Shown here one piece after another: positions 48,485-60,995 of a stretch of DNA of 64,000 bases. This stretch comes from Octopus vulgaris (Eukaryota). The translations under genes and the position numbers were made by a program. The stretch's first letter is position 1. Each line of letters opens with the position of its first letter. A model generated the notes under the pieces. The model was not told the DNA's origin. It worked only from the letters and a program-made list of their open reading frames with translations, and did no database searches. Location: contig OX597824.1 of assembly GCA_951406725.2 (NCBI GenBank), positions 55,118,001 through 55,182,000 of the forward strand, given 5' to 3'.

Positions 48485-49517
48485 GTAAGTAATGTTCTCA
48501 ACTATATAAAAGAAGAGAAATAATCATGTAAAGTTCATGCTGCAAGTGAATTGTCAACTATAGGAAGCTAAAACCTAACTACTTTTTGGTACTAACCCTA
48601 CATAAATAATGTTTGCTTTTGATTAGACAAAATGTGTATATATTTTAGAGAATGAGAAGTGCAAATAATCAGGGACTTGAAGCCAGTTGTAGTCTTGGTT
48701 AACAAGGACTTTTTGTATTTGTTGTTCAACTGAAGTTCATCCCTGATTGAACAAGCCTATGATCAAAGGCTTTCCAGCCAGGGCAATTCTTGCCTTTGTT
48801 TTTTTGGGTTTTTTTTATAGTATTCTAAGCACGGCATTATCTGATGTGTGCTACCTTTTTTAAAATGGAAATGTGATTTGAGGAAAAATTAGCTGCTATT
48901 ACTAGCAAGTCAAGCACAACGAAGCTTACTCATAGGCTTGATAATTGGGGGTTTACCTCTATGAGAAAGAAAATTCAAATCGATAAAAAAAAGATCAGTG
49001 AAGTGAAGGCTTCAGGAACTGAAACCAATCTCTAATTAGTTTCAGTTTCTGATGAAAAGAAGACAAAGTATTCTATATAGTAATTTAATTCAGTAGCATC
49101 CATTCTTACAAAACAATGCAGGAGATGCCAAACATGAAAGACATTAAATTACACAGTAGTGCTTTTGAAAAGTCTAACATATGAAATAGCTTGGTTATTA
49201 ATTTTTGTAAGTTCATGATACTGTGACTTGGTTCACATAATAGTAGGAAGTAAGTCTCAGAAATACCAAAAATGTCCCTGCAATAGAAGGCATCCTATCC
49301 AAAAGAGGATTAGTGTCATATAATTATGTAACATTGTGATCTTGACTAAGCAATGATCATAAAATTGCATCTCAGGTAGATTATTCCTACTCAACAATGA
49401 AATTATATCCATATTAAAGATTGGAATAGCAGGTGTTTATTTTTAAGTGGGCACCAGGTTCCAAATTTATAGGAATTATATGCTAAGATCTCAATGTATT
49501 TCTGAAGAATATTAATA

Positions 49518-50494
49518 TAATGGTTGGCCTAAAAGTTTGTTCAGTTTTTTAAACAGAAATAAGACAGGAGTTTTAAACAAAAAACAATTTATTCAGTCAG
49601 TGATATAATTACTGTTTTATTCTAGTATCTTCTGCCATCTTGTGGGAAGATCTATTATTCCCTGCTCAAAGAAATTTCCATCTTATCTTTCCTGGTCAGA
49701 AACTTTGCCAGGTGAAATTTTACATCTATTCAGAGTTGAAATCTATCCATTCAATGAATTTTGAAGAGACCAAAACAGGTGAAAATATGAAGGTGCAAGA
49801 TTGGGTGAATATGAAAGGTGTAGTCCTGTCATGCCCCAATAACTTCTGCTGTGTCTGCAATGAAGTGTACGGTCTGACATAATCACGATGAATGAGATGT
49901 AACTTTGCAACTATTCTCTTCAAAAACAGATCGTTTTCTTCACGTTTCTGCAATGAATTGCAGATGGAAAACTGTTGGGCAAGGTTAGCCTTACTTAAGT
50001 GATGTGGGACCCAAACACTGAGCCTGCTGACATAACCTAGTCAGTGCAGATAATTTTCAACACTTGATTTGGATATTTAGAGAATATCTACAATCTTTAT
50101 GGTCATATAATGGGGGCTGGTGTCAACTAGCTCCTTCATTTTGTCAGTGTTAATCTCAGTTGGCCAGCCAGAGTGAGAACCAAAATATTTCCAAAAATCT
50201 TGAAAATCACATCTGGCACACTTGTTCCTATAACAGTATCTTCTCCATATACAGCACATATCGTCCTACAGGTTTCTACTGTTTCTTACCTAAGGTGTTA
50301 ATAATGTTTGTTTTGGTTCTCTATCTTCAAAGTGATACCAAGCACACAAAATACAACTTGTCTCCTTGTAAGTTTGCACTGAATTACTTTGAAGTTTCAA
50401 GCATCTAGGTGTGCATGTGCAAAGTTAGCTACCTGTTAGCATGCTTGAAGTTTAATTTCAACAAAAACTGAATAGACTTTTTGACCAACCCAAT
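49518..50494 (-). mobile_element. Mariner transposon remnant with both TIRs
   Basis: The left end ATGGTTGGCCTAAAAGTTTGTTCAGTTTTT matches the right-end reverse complement TTGGGTTGGTCAAAAAGTCTATTCAGTTTTT, with TA flanks. Peptides SGWPTEINTD and FLKRIVA. Confidence 0.8.
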
Positions 50495-50609
50495 AAAATG
50501 AAAAAACTTCAACCAAGTATCAAAATCATGCCAGAACCATACTTGGAGAGTTCCAGAACAGCATGTTAAATTCGAGTCATGAAGAATCTGGATCTTTGCC
50601 CTTTTCCTG

Positions 50610-53600
50610 TGTCATGTTATTGTTTCCAATAAGAAATGAAGCAGACAAATTTTATACATGTTTTACCTTTTAGTCATACCTTAAAACCGAGCTATTTAAA
50701 TACACAATTTAAGGGACTTAATCCATAAAATACTTATCAATGTTATGTTACATCCTGTTACATCACTGTTATCAAACGAAAAAAATATAATTTTTAAATC
50801 AATATTCTGGTTACATATGAAATCCTTAAGCTTTGCTGGAGGTTTTCTTATTCTCACAGGGTGGCCCAATGTCACTGGTGGTTGGTTAGGCTACACCTGT
50901 GGCAGCGTGAGCTGGGCATGCTGAACTGGAGCAGCTGGAGCACTAATATTTACTTAGGGTCAGCACATCGATAGGCTCATGCTGATTGATCCTTGTTTCT
51001 GGTTTGTTGGGCCGGTAAACTGAACATGACCTGTTTCTGTGGCCTGTGTAGCTCCTGCAGGTGTTGCCTGTTGCATCTGACTCATCTTCCATCATTAAGC
51101 ATTCTGATGCTGTAGCTATGTGGTTCTGTGCATTTATCTACAGCTGTTGTTGGTTGCCATGTGTTATTTTTGTGATGGACAGATACTTTGCTAACTATAA
51201 CTAATTCAGAACAGTTTTTGCTTTTCTATTGTAGTACTGTTGTTGTTTACTTCTTTTGACATTTATCCTTTCTTGGATTTGGTTGTCTTTTGGTTTGTCA
51301 GTGTTCAACACAGTTGGAACTCTTGTTCTTATTTTCCTATTGAAGAAGATCTCTGCTGGTGATGGTATGTGACTGTCCAATGGAGTATAGAGACTGTTCA
51401 ATCCATATCCCACTGTTTTGCTTTCTTCATTGTATTTTTCATTATTTGGACCATTCTTTCTATGAAACCATTCAATTGTGGAAATCTTGAGTGGGATGCC
51501 ATGTGGGTGAATTCCTACTTTATGGTAAAGTTGTGGAACTCATTTAGCACAAAGTATGTGGCATTGTCTTTATACAGGCATTCTAGCAAATATTGTTTTG
51601 AAACATTCAACGCAGCTTGAGCTACTAATGCTTCTCTTGACAAAAAGTATTTTGTTATATTGATCAGCAACAAATAAGAATTGTTGACCATTGAAGTCAA
51701 AAATATCATCTGCATTATTTTGGAGCAGTCTCATTGAGTGGTCTTTTATTATCATTGTTTCTTTGGCATTTCTTCTTTGTTGCTGGTTGCATATTTCTCA
51801 TATTACCAGCTTTTTGATGTCTTTGTTGATGCCTTCAATAAACACTATTATACTTCCAATAAACTAGTTTTGAACTGACATTTTTTAAATTCCTTGATAT
51901 ACATCATAGATTCTCTGAAGAACATTGTTTTGCATATTTTTTGGTATGATTATGCATTCACCCTTTGGCACTAAACTATCCTGTACTGATAGAAATTCTT
52001 TCAATGACCAATAACTTCTTGTAAGTTTCAGTACATCTTTCATTGTCTCTGGGCATCCATTTATCATTTGTTTTAGAATTTTCAGTTCTTCATCTTTTGT
52101 AGTTTCTTGAAGCTCATTTACTTCTATACTTATATATCAACAATATGTATCGTGAGACCTAGTTCAATTTCAATCTCTTGTGTTGACTGTATTCTTGATA
52201 AATAGTCTGAAACTCTTATTTTTTTACCTGGTTTGTGTCTGATTTGAGCATCATATAGTTGTATGCTTAACAACATTCTCTGCTGTCTTATGGGTGCTTG
52301 TGCAATGTTTCTGTGCAGTATGTTTTCCAATGATTTGTGGTCTGACTCAATTTGGAACTCTTTTCCATACACATGTATGAAATTTTTCACAACCGAACAC
52401 CACTGCCAATAGCTCTCTTTCTATATTTTCATATCTTAACTCAGCATCAGTCAGACTTTTACAAGCAAATACAACAATTTTTTCCATCATTGATCAGTGT
52501 GGCACCTAGACATAACATACTACAATCTACCTAGATCACTGTCTTTGCATTAGGCCTGAAATAAGCTAGGCAAATGTTTTCATAAACACAGTCTTCCAAT
52601 ATTTGAGAACTTTTTCCATGTGTGTCACACCATTGCCTTTCAATATCTTTCCTGAGTAGTGATTTTAGTGGAGCTGTTCTAGAACTGAGTTCTGGTATGA
52701 AAGGGCTTAAATATTGATCATACCTAGAAATTGTTAAAGTTCTTCACAGTTTGTAGGTGTAGGTTTTGTTTAGATTACATCACATTTTCCTGGATCGAAG
52801 TAAGACCCATTTTCATTCTAGATAAGACCATTAAATTTGACTTGTTTTGTCCCACTTGGCACTTGCTTTTGTTGAAAACTAGACTGTATCTTCTGGCTGC
52901 ATTCATTGTCTTTCTCAAGTTCTTATGATGTTCTCCAGTTGTTTTTCCATATATGCAAATATCATCAGATATATCAATGACTCCTGGTGCTGTTTCCTAG
53001 TATTTAGTCCATTTTTTGCTGAAAAATGTCCAGAGACACTTTGAGCCTAAATAGACACTTTGAGCCTAAATAGTCATTTTAGATATCTGTACTTGTCATA
53101 AGGTGCATCGAAGCATGTAAGCAGACTTGTTTAACTATCAAGATGTATTGCCCAGTACCTATGTTTTGCACCTAATTTTGTGAAATATTTAGCACCTGCT
53201 AGTTTGTGGGAAATTTCCTCTAGGGTTGGGGTTTTGTGGTAAGTTCTTTTAACATTCAATAGTTTTAGATCTAAGCATATACATAATCCATCATTTTTTC
53301 CCTGCCGCATGCAACTGCACCCAGTTTACTTTTGTGATCACACCAATATCTTCCATTTTATCGAATTCTGTCTTCAATTCATTTTTCAAGTGCACTGGAT
53401 ATGTTTTTGGAAGTTTTACCACTGGTGTTGCATTTTTTTGTATTCCTGTATATTTTTTGTATTCCTGGAAAATTTCCACTATCTTTAAATACATCAGGGT
53501 ATTTACTTTCAAAGTCTTGTATGTTTCACAAGGCCTTAGACCTAATATTGTTATATCATTGCGGCACACAAAAGAGTTGGCTTGACCAGTGTTAGAATTT

Positions 53601-56079
53601 GTATGTGTGTAGCATACACTCAAGTGAAATTCCTCTCCTCTCTATTATATATACATACATACGAACATAGTAGCTTTTGGCCGCATTTTGGACACCGTTG
53701 TGTATTCTGATTGGTTGGTATTGGCGCAGTTTGTCTCATACAGCATATAACCAATCAAAGCCCCTAAGTAAAGTTACATGTGACAGCCTGTTTTCAACTC
53801 AGTTTTGAGTTTACAACTCCTTATAAAACTCAGCTTCTCCTCGTCTTGAGGTCTTTCGGTTCCAGATCTTTTAAGGTCTAGCCACTAACCACACAAGACA
53901 CAGCCAGTTCCAGTGACAACACAACAGCAGCCACGTGGAGACTCACCAACTTCATCCAACAGCATTCGGCGACCTCCATCTCCATCGCCACCATTGTCCT
54001 AACATCAACATCTCTCTTCGTACACAACTCAACAAGCAATTTGCCCTGATTACAACACTGCACTGTTTGTGAATTACTTCGACATGGATCAACAGCGAAT
54101 ATGCAACCTGCGAGAACTCCTGTACCAAGTGATCCGGGCAGCAGCATCACAGCTACAACTTCACGTACAACAACCAGCTCTGCATCATCACTGTAACTTC
54201 TTGATACAGTATTTCAACTATCGTGTACAATTGACTACAAACTGGTATTTATCATTCTGGTGTCTATGAACTTACACCTCACTTGGATGGTTACAGACTC
54301 TTTCCCTGTCTCTTTTTCATCACCATCGTTATATGTTCTTAACATGCATATGTCTATGCCTACATACACACACATACATCTTGTTCTTATGACGGCCTGA
54401 CTATTATTCTGTATATATGATGCACACACAATCACACATGTTAACATATCAATAAATCTTCTCTTATTCTACCCGGTTGTGTCTCTTTTTCCCTCTGGCA
54501 CATATATGCATTATTCTATTTATGTTTATTGTATTGACCATATGTTGTACTAAGGAGCCATTCTCGTCACCTTGCTTCACATGGACATTACAAATTGGCG
54601 ACCCATTTCAGCTCCTTGAAACTACAAAAATATAATGGGAGAAGGAGATACTCCACAGGTATCATAAACCTTCCATTCTATTATATGTGTAATTCTGAGA
54701 ACTGCTGAACCATGTTGTGGTATCCTGGTGTCATTCACTGCCCATAAGGTAGTATATTCTCTTTTGAGACTTGTTGGTTTTCCAGTATTTTTATCAATCT
54801 TTTGGGGGCACGTCTGCTTGTACAGCCTGAGTGGTAGTATATTTCCATTGTTCCCAGTGTCTATTTTCATTTCTATTTTGTATTTTCCTTCATAGGAGTC
54901 TTTACAATCTATAATAGCAAATACTAACTATTACTGTAACTTTTGTCTTTATTTTCTGTAGTGTATGAATACAAGTCTTCTTCATCTTAGTTTGAATCAT
55001 GTTCTGATTTGTAAGTGGCATTCACATTTATCTATATTATATTTTCTATGCCTGTACAGGCTTTGTTTTTTGGTCTTGTATGTGTCTTGTTTTCTGGTTC
55101 TGTGCAGACTGAGGTTGTTGTGGTTGCTTTTGTAAGGCAAAATTTCTCAAAATGGTGTAGTCTGACATTTTCTGGATTCTCTGTTAAAAATGCATGTCTT
55201 CTTTTCTTTTTTTGTGAGCTTTCCCACATCTTCCACATTGATTGGTATTTTTTGTTGTTACTTCATAACATGTACTTGTTTTCCTTACACTGACATCATT
55301 GTAGCATGTTCTGTGCTTTATTGTAGCTTCATATGTCCTTATGCTTTTAATTCCTACCTCTAGTGCAAGATTTTGTTTATGATGTTTCTTTTTTCATCTG
55401 CCCATTTTAATCCTTTTATTATTTGTTCAAGGATTCTTTCATCTTTCAGTTTTTGTTTTTAATGTATATTCATCGATTGAGTTTTCATTCTAATCGTTCA
55501 ATCCATTTGTTTGGCTTCTGTATTAAATGGGCTTCAAAAATTCTAAATACACTTGCCAAAGATTCTTTCTGTTCACTAGTAATGTTCACATTTTTCATTA
55601 ATTCATGACACTTTATTCTGTGTTAAGCTCTTGCTTATATAGTACTTTAGCTTTTCTTCCATTTTGGTAATAATAAAGAATGAATTCATGAAGTCAACCT
55701 ATTCATTATATGCCTTGCATTTGTTCTCATTCAACCAATATAAAGTTGATAATAGGCTTATAGATGCCATCATTTTTGTAGCCTGCCATTTGAGTCAAAT
55801 TTGCTTAGGTATTTCAAAAAAAAAAAAAGAGAGAAAGAATGAACTATTTTACCATATTACTATCTCTTTGTGACTGGCATTTGTTAATTTTTTTCTATTA
55901 ATTTTTAGGTGTAACTGGTGTATTATTGTACTGCTGCCACCATGTCATATTGTTTATGATAATAAATAAAGCAGGCAGATTTTTATTGCATTTTGTTGTT
56001 AGAATTGAGTTATTTATATATACAATTAATGGAACTTAATCCAAAAATACTTATGAATATTATGTTTTATCCTGTTACA
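50610..56079 (-). mobile_element. Gypsy LTR retrotransposon with two diverged LTRs (50610-50762 and 55943-56079), degenerate gag-pol
   Basis: Both LTRs run TGTCAT...ACTTAATCCA..AATACTTAT...TCCTGTTACA. Minus-strand PBS TGGTGGCAGCAG next to 55943. KIDTG protease, ESDHKSL RNase H and SPAEIFFNRKIRT integrase. Confidence 0.85.
53608..54685 (+). mobile_element. Solo LTR nested in the Gypsy protease
   Basis: Starts TGTAGC, ends CTATTATA, flanked by a (A)TGTG duplication. Removing it rejoins the host peptide LRITH|TNS...ILGL. Confidence 0.75.
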
Positions 56080-56099
56080 GTCTTAGAGTAAGGAAGGGA

Positions 56100-59000
56100 A
56101 TCATCATCATCATCATTTAACGTCCGTTGTCCATGCTGGCAGGGGTTGAACTGTTTGACCAGAGCTGGCAAGCCGGAAGGCTGCACCAGACTCCAGTCTC
56201 TGATTTTGCATAGTTTCTACAACTGGATGCCCTTCCTAATGCCAACTGCTTTGAGAGTGTGATTGGTGCTTTTACATGTCACTGGCATGGGTGCTATTTG
56301 CATGACACCAGTATCTGCCTTGACTGTGATTTTACTTGGCTTGATGGGTCTTCTTCACAAGTACAGTATAATGCCAAAGATCTCAGTCATTCATTATTGT
56401 CTCTGTGAGGCCCAACACTCAAAAGGTGCTTTTCACATGCCACTGGCATCAGCCACCTTGCTTCCATGAGGCCCAATGCTTGAAAGGTGCTTTTTACATG
56501 CCATCAGCACAGGTGCCAGTTGTATGACACCAGCATTGGCCGTGACTGTGATTTCACTTGGCTTGACAGGTCATCTCAAGCAAAGCATATCACCAAAGGT
56601 CTCGGTCACTAGTCATTGCCTTTGTGAGGGCAAAAGTTTGAAGATCATGCTTCACCACCTTGTCTCATGTCTTCCCTCCACAGTTAAAGATCAGCACTTC
56701 TTTACACAGTTGTCCTTATCCATACACATTACATGACCATAACAGCACAGTTGTCTCTCTTGCACACCACATCCGATGCCTCTTATAACCAACTTTTCTC
56801 TCAAGATGCTTACACTCTGTTCTACATGCACACTGACATTGCACATCCAGTGAAGCATGCTAGCTTCATTTGTTTCAAGCCTACACATATCCTTGGTTGT
56901 CACAGCCTATGTTTCACTGCCATGTAGCATAGCTGTTTGCAAACTGGCATCATGCAGTCTGCCTTTCACTCTGAACTTTGCCTAACCTATTCTTATTCTC
57001 ACAGCTATGCTCTCGGAGGATCCACCTCCACTACTAACTTGGTCAACTAGATAACAGAAGCTATCTACTACTTCCTGCTTACCCAAAGTCCATCCTCTCC
57101 TCACCGTGGTGGGGACGCTGGCAACGGGTAGTGTTAGAGCTATGCCGTCGGGAACTTCGAGTGGTATTAGGGCCACAACCCGGCAGATGGGGCTCTGGTG
57201 AAAATCCTTGGAATGTCTGTTTCGGCAACCGGCGGCTCCTCAGTCGTTCTGTCCCTGTGTCTGCAGATAATCTGCAGCAAACAGGATGTATCTACATCCA
57301 GGATTGTTGGGGACTGCTTGTGAAATCCACATATTCCCACAAAACTTCTTCCTGTTGCCCGCCCGCCTCGCCTGTCGGCCACCTCTCCGACTTCGCCTGT
57401 CTCTGCAGCCCCTTCCATCTGTCCTTCTGCAACAGTATTTGTGGTAGTTTGGTCATGCATGTAGGCGTCCAGTGGGTGAACTGAGCCGTGATGTCCTTCT
57501 CCCAACTCCACTTCCCAACTGGCGGAAACACGTGGGTGGGCAGCTGAAGACCTGGGTTATGACGATCAAGGAGGACCTCTCCATGCTCACAGGACTGCAG
57601 GTGGTCGGCCTGCACTGATGGAACCATAACTGGCTCGCTATCTCCAATGAACTGGTGCAGGACTGTCGTGCGTGGGCTGCCATGGTTCGAGATGCCTCGA
57701 CAGTGGTAGAAGAAGCTGACTCAACCCGCCCAGGGTGAATGTTGCCACAAGAACAAGTAAAAAGTCTAGTTTACTCTGCTGACAGTTGATGGAGTTTATT
57801 TTCTGTACATTTTCAGTGTTTATTGTACCTGTGCATCTTTACACACAAACACTAGTTTCCCCATTAACCTTACTGTGATATTGCTGCACCTCTTATATGT
57901 CCATAGCTTACACCAGATTTATCTTACAAGTTTCTTCCTATGCCTTTTTTTACAGATCAAGCAGGGCCGTCTACCTGAAGGAATTTGTGATTTGTCTGCC
58001 TTCCTACATACTAACACTTTGGTTTTTGCTAGGTTAATTCTAAGGCCTTTCGATTCTAGATCTTGCTTCCATACCTGAAACTTCTCTAGTTCAGGTAGTG
58101 ATTCAGCTATAAGAGCTAGGTCATCAGCATAGAGAAACTCCCAGGGGCAGCCTGTTTTAAATTCTTCTGTTATTGCCTGGAGGACTATGATGAATAAGAG
58201 GGAGCTAAGGAGTGATCCTCGGTGAACCCCTACTTGTACCCTGAATTCTTTGCTGTACTCATTGCCACTCTTCACCTTACTAACAGTGTCCCTGTACATG
58301 GCTTGTACAGCTCTCACCAACCACTCATCTATCCCCAATTTTCACATTGACCACCAGATAAGGGGTTAAGGGACTTGGTCAAAGGCTTTCTCCAAGTCAA
58401 AAAAGCCAAGGTTTATCATTGGTTATGTATTTCTCCTGCAGCTGCCTTACCAGAAATAAAGCATCAGTGGTGCTTCACCCTGGCACAAAACCAAACTGCA
58501 TCTCATCTAAACAACTCTCTCCCTATTACTCTCTCCATAACTTTCATCACCTGATCCAACAATTTGATACCTCTATAATTATTTCTATCTAAGGCATTAC
58601 TTTTACCTTTGTAGCAGTTGACTATAGTAGGTTATCAGGTGGCTGGCTAGCTTCCTGAAGTTGGTGTTGCAGATCAATAGATTATTCACATCACAGAACT
58701 CCAGTAGTCTTGTCTCCTCTTTGCTTTAGGAACCAATTCCATAGCTCCCATGGAAGATACTGGGCTTCTACCTGACATGCCCATTGGAAACCCCAGCCAT
58801 GAAGACAAGCTCATTGTCACTCATCTTTGAGGTTGCCTGCAGAAGAATATAATAAAAGTGGTGCTTTTGTTCATTTGGTAGGCCCACTTATGGGGCATAG
58901 ACAGAGATAATTGTTGTTATATTGTTCTGACTAGCCTGAGTCTGACTACATCTATGACCTTATCCACCCATTTCTCTACAAGAAGTATGCCCACACCACC

Positions 59001-59200
59001 TAACACATCGCTGTTACCTTCCCAAAAGATTTTATGCTTATGTGTCTTGCCTGTGAGAAACCTGGCTGAAGCTCCTCTTTACCTTACTTCCGTCTAACAT
59101 ACCTCCGTCCAAGCATCTCAACACACTTCCATTCAAGCATTGCAACAATTTCACTAAACCTACATTTCAATATGCCTACATTTGATAGTACCAACTCTGA
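56100..59200 (-). mobile_element. Near full-span degenerate RTE LINE with internal deletion
   Basis: From the 5' APE remnant (~59190) through FLYADDL and the PHD remnant to the 3' tail and (CAT)n at 56100. A large deletion joins APE to RT at ~58630. Confidence 0.85.
57075..57766 (+). mobile_element. 3' fragment of a different RTE-like LINE nested in the opposite orientation
   Basis: GC-richer block interrupting the host sequence CTACTACTTC|TAGTTT. It contains GGQLKTW- and RAWAAMVRD-like C-terminal peptides and ends GGGTGAATGTTGCCACAAGAACAAGTAAAA. Confidence 0.7.
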
Positions 59201-59859
59201 GAACTGGGAAAAGGATGTGGGAGGGAACATGGGAAGGAGAGTTGTTATTCAGCACTTGAAAAGAAGGATTCAATGATCGTTTGATAACAAACATGTCACA
59301 TCAACCGTTCTCACTTTAACCTACCATCATTCAAACATGTTAAATTTGTTGCTCCTATTAGGAGTGAGTGTAATGTAAGCATTGTAAAAATAAGTGTTAT
59401 GAGTGTTAGGTAAACAAATAATGAAGAGATAGAAAGGAAAAAGTGGAGTAAAGCAATGTCATATGATAGAGCTAGAAATCTGGAATACAAAGCAGATGGT
59501 GAAGGAGGAATTAAAGAGAGAAGGTAAAACAGCCAATTGCTCTGGTTAAATCATTAAGTAAGAAGTATTCTTTTTAGTAATTGTTATGTCCTGCATTATA
59601 ACAACATACTTTGTCATCTGCATGACTGGTCCGAACGGTGTACCTCGCTGGCTGACTCCAGTTGTTGTGCCTGTCCACTATTTATTTGTGGCGGAATAGC
59701 CCCCCTTCTCTCACTTCTGTCCTCCACAACAATAACAAAAATGGGTATAAGAAGTAGGATCAGGAGAATGAACAAATAGAATGTTAAAAATGGAAGATGG
59801 GAAGTAGAGTGAGCCAAAGCTTTAAGCAAGGCCAATGTGAAGTGAGTAGAGAAAACAGT

Positions 59860-60505
59860 GGTAAAAGTAGCAATATATGGGTTACGATATTATGGAAATA
59901 AAAAAAGAATGCATAAAAATAATATCAATAATGTCAATGAATGCAAAAAATACGAGGGAGAAAAATAATTAAGGAACAATCACACAAAAAAATACACGGT
60001 GAATACTTTAAACACCTGAATGAGGAAGCAGTGTCAAAAAGAAACTCATTCATCATCATCATCATCATCGTTTAGCGCCCATTGAAATTTATAAAACAAA
60101 GCAAATACTCAATGAGACATAAATATATTATACAGTATTTACAAAACAGAAGCAACAACTATGGAAGAAAAAAGGCATACAGATATTGTAAAAAAACAAA
60201 GGAAATATCGAACATATGGCAATACAATGTGGAAAAATAGCACACAGAAAATATAAAGTGAGACACGATGAGATAACCACGATAATCTTTGCAAACCTAC
60301 TACAGCAATATAACATACCAAAAATAAAAACCCAGAAAATCAGAAACGTGCAAACAGAAAAGGTAATAACAAGTGAAAAGGTTAAGATTTTAGTAGATAG
60401 CTCAGTAATAACACCAAACCATATACAAAAGAAACAATAAACCTGATATTACAATATCATGAAAGAAAGAAAAAACTAATAATCAAAATTGGAATAACAT
60501 CTGTC
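59860..60505 (+). mobile_element. R4/Dong-like non-LTR remnant (zinc motif and RLE)
   Basis: AIQCGKIAHRKYKVRHDEI...EKVITSEKVKILVD...PDI follows the C...Y..RHD / K.I..D / PDI pattern. Confidence 0.55.
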
Positions 60506-60995
60506 CATGGGTGGAATTTACCATGGTGAAATTTACCTGGTGGAATTTCTGTAGTGAAATTTACTGAGGTGGAATTTACCTAGAACTGGACTACACTGCA
60601 GGCAATCTTGTGAAAGTGGTAGTGTGGAAGGCAGAATCAAAGAAATCAGTTTACAAAGCCTGTAAATTAATGGTCCCTTAGTTGAAGATGAGATACTTTT
60701 TAGTGTGTTAGATTTCATTTAAGCCATAGTGTTGGATAAAATAATGAACTGAAGATTGACTGGATGGATTGCAGTGACAGGCAGTAGGATAACTTGGGCA
60801 GAGTTATAGATATAGTGATATTCTTGAGAAAGATCACTCAAATAGCAACTTGTGTAAAGTGCATTGAGAATTTTCAAGTTATGCAATATATTGGGTTGGA
60901 AGAAATGCAACCACTCACCATCTGTGTGGAGTACAAGTGCAGTTTGGTAGATAAAGAGACAAGTATGGTATCAAGGAGCAAGTGCAGGTTCTAGA

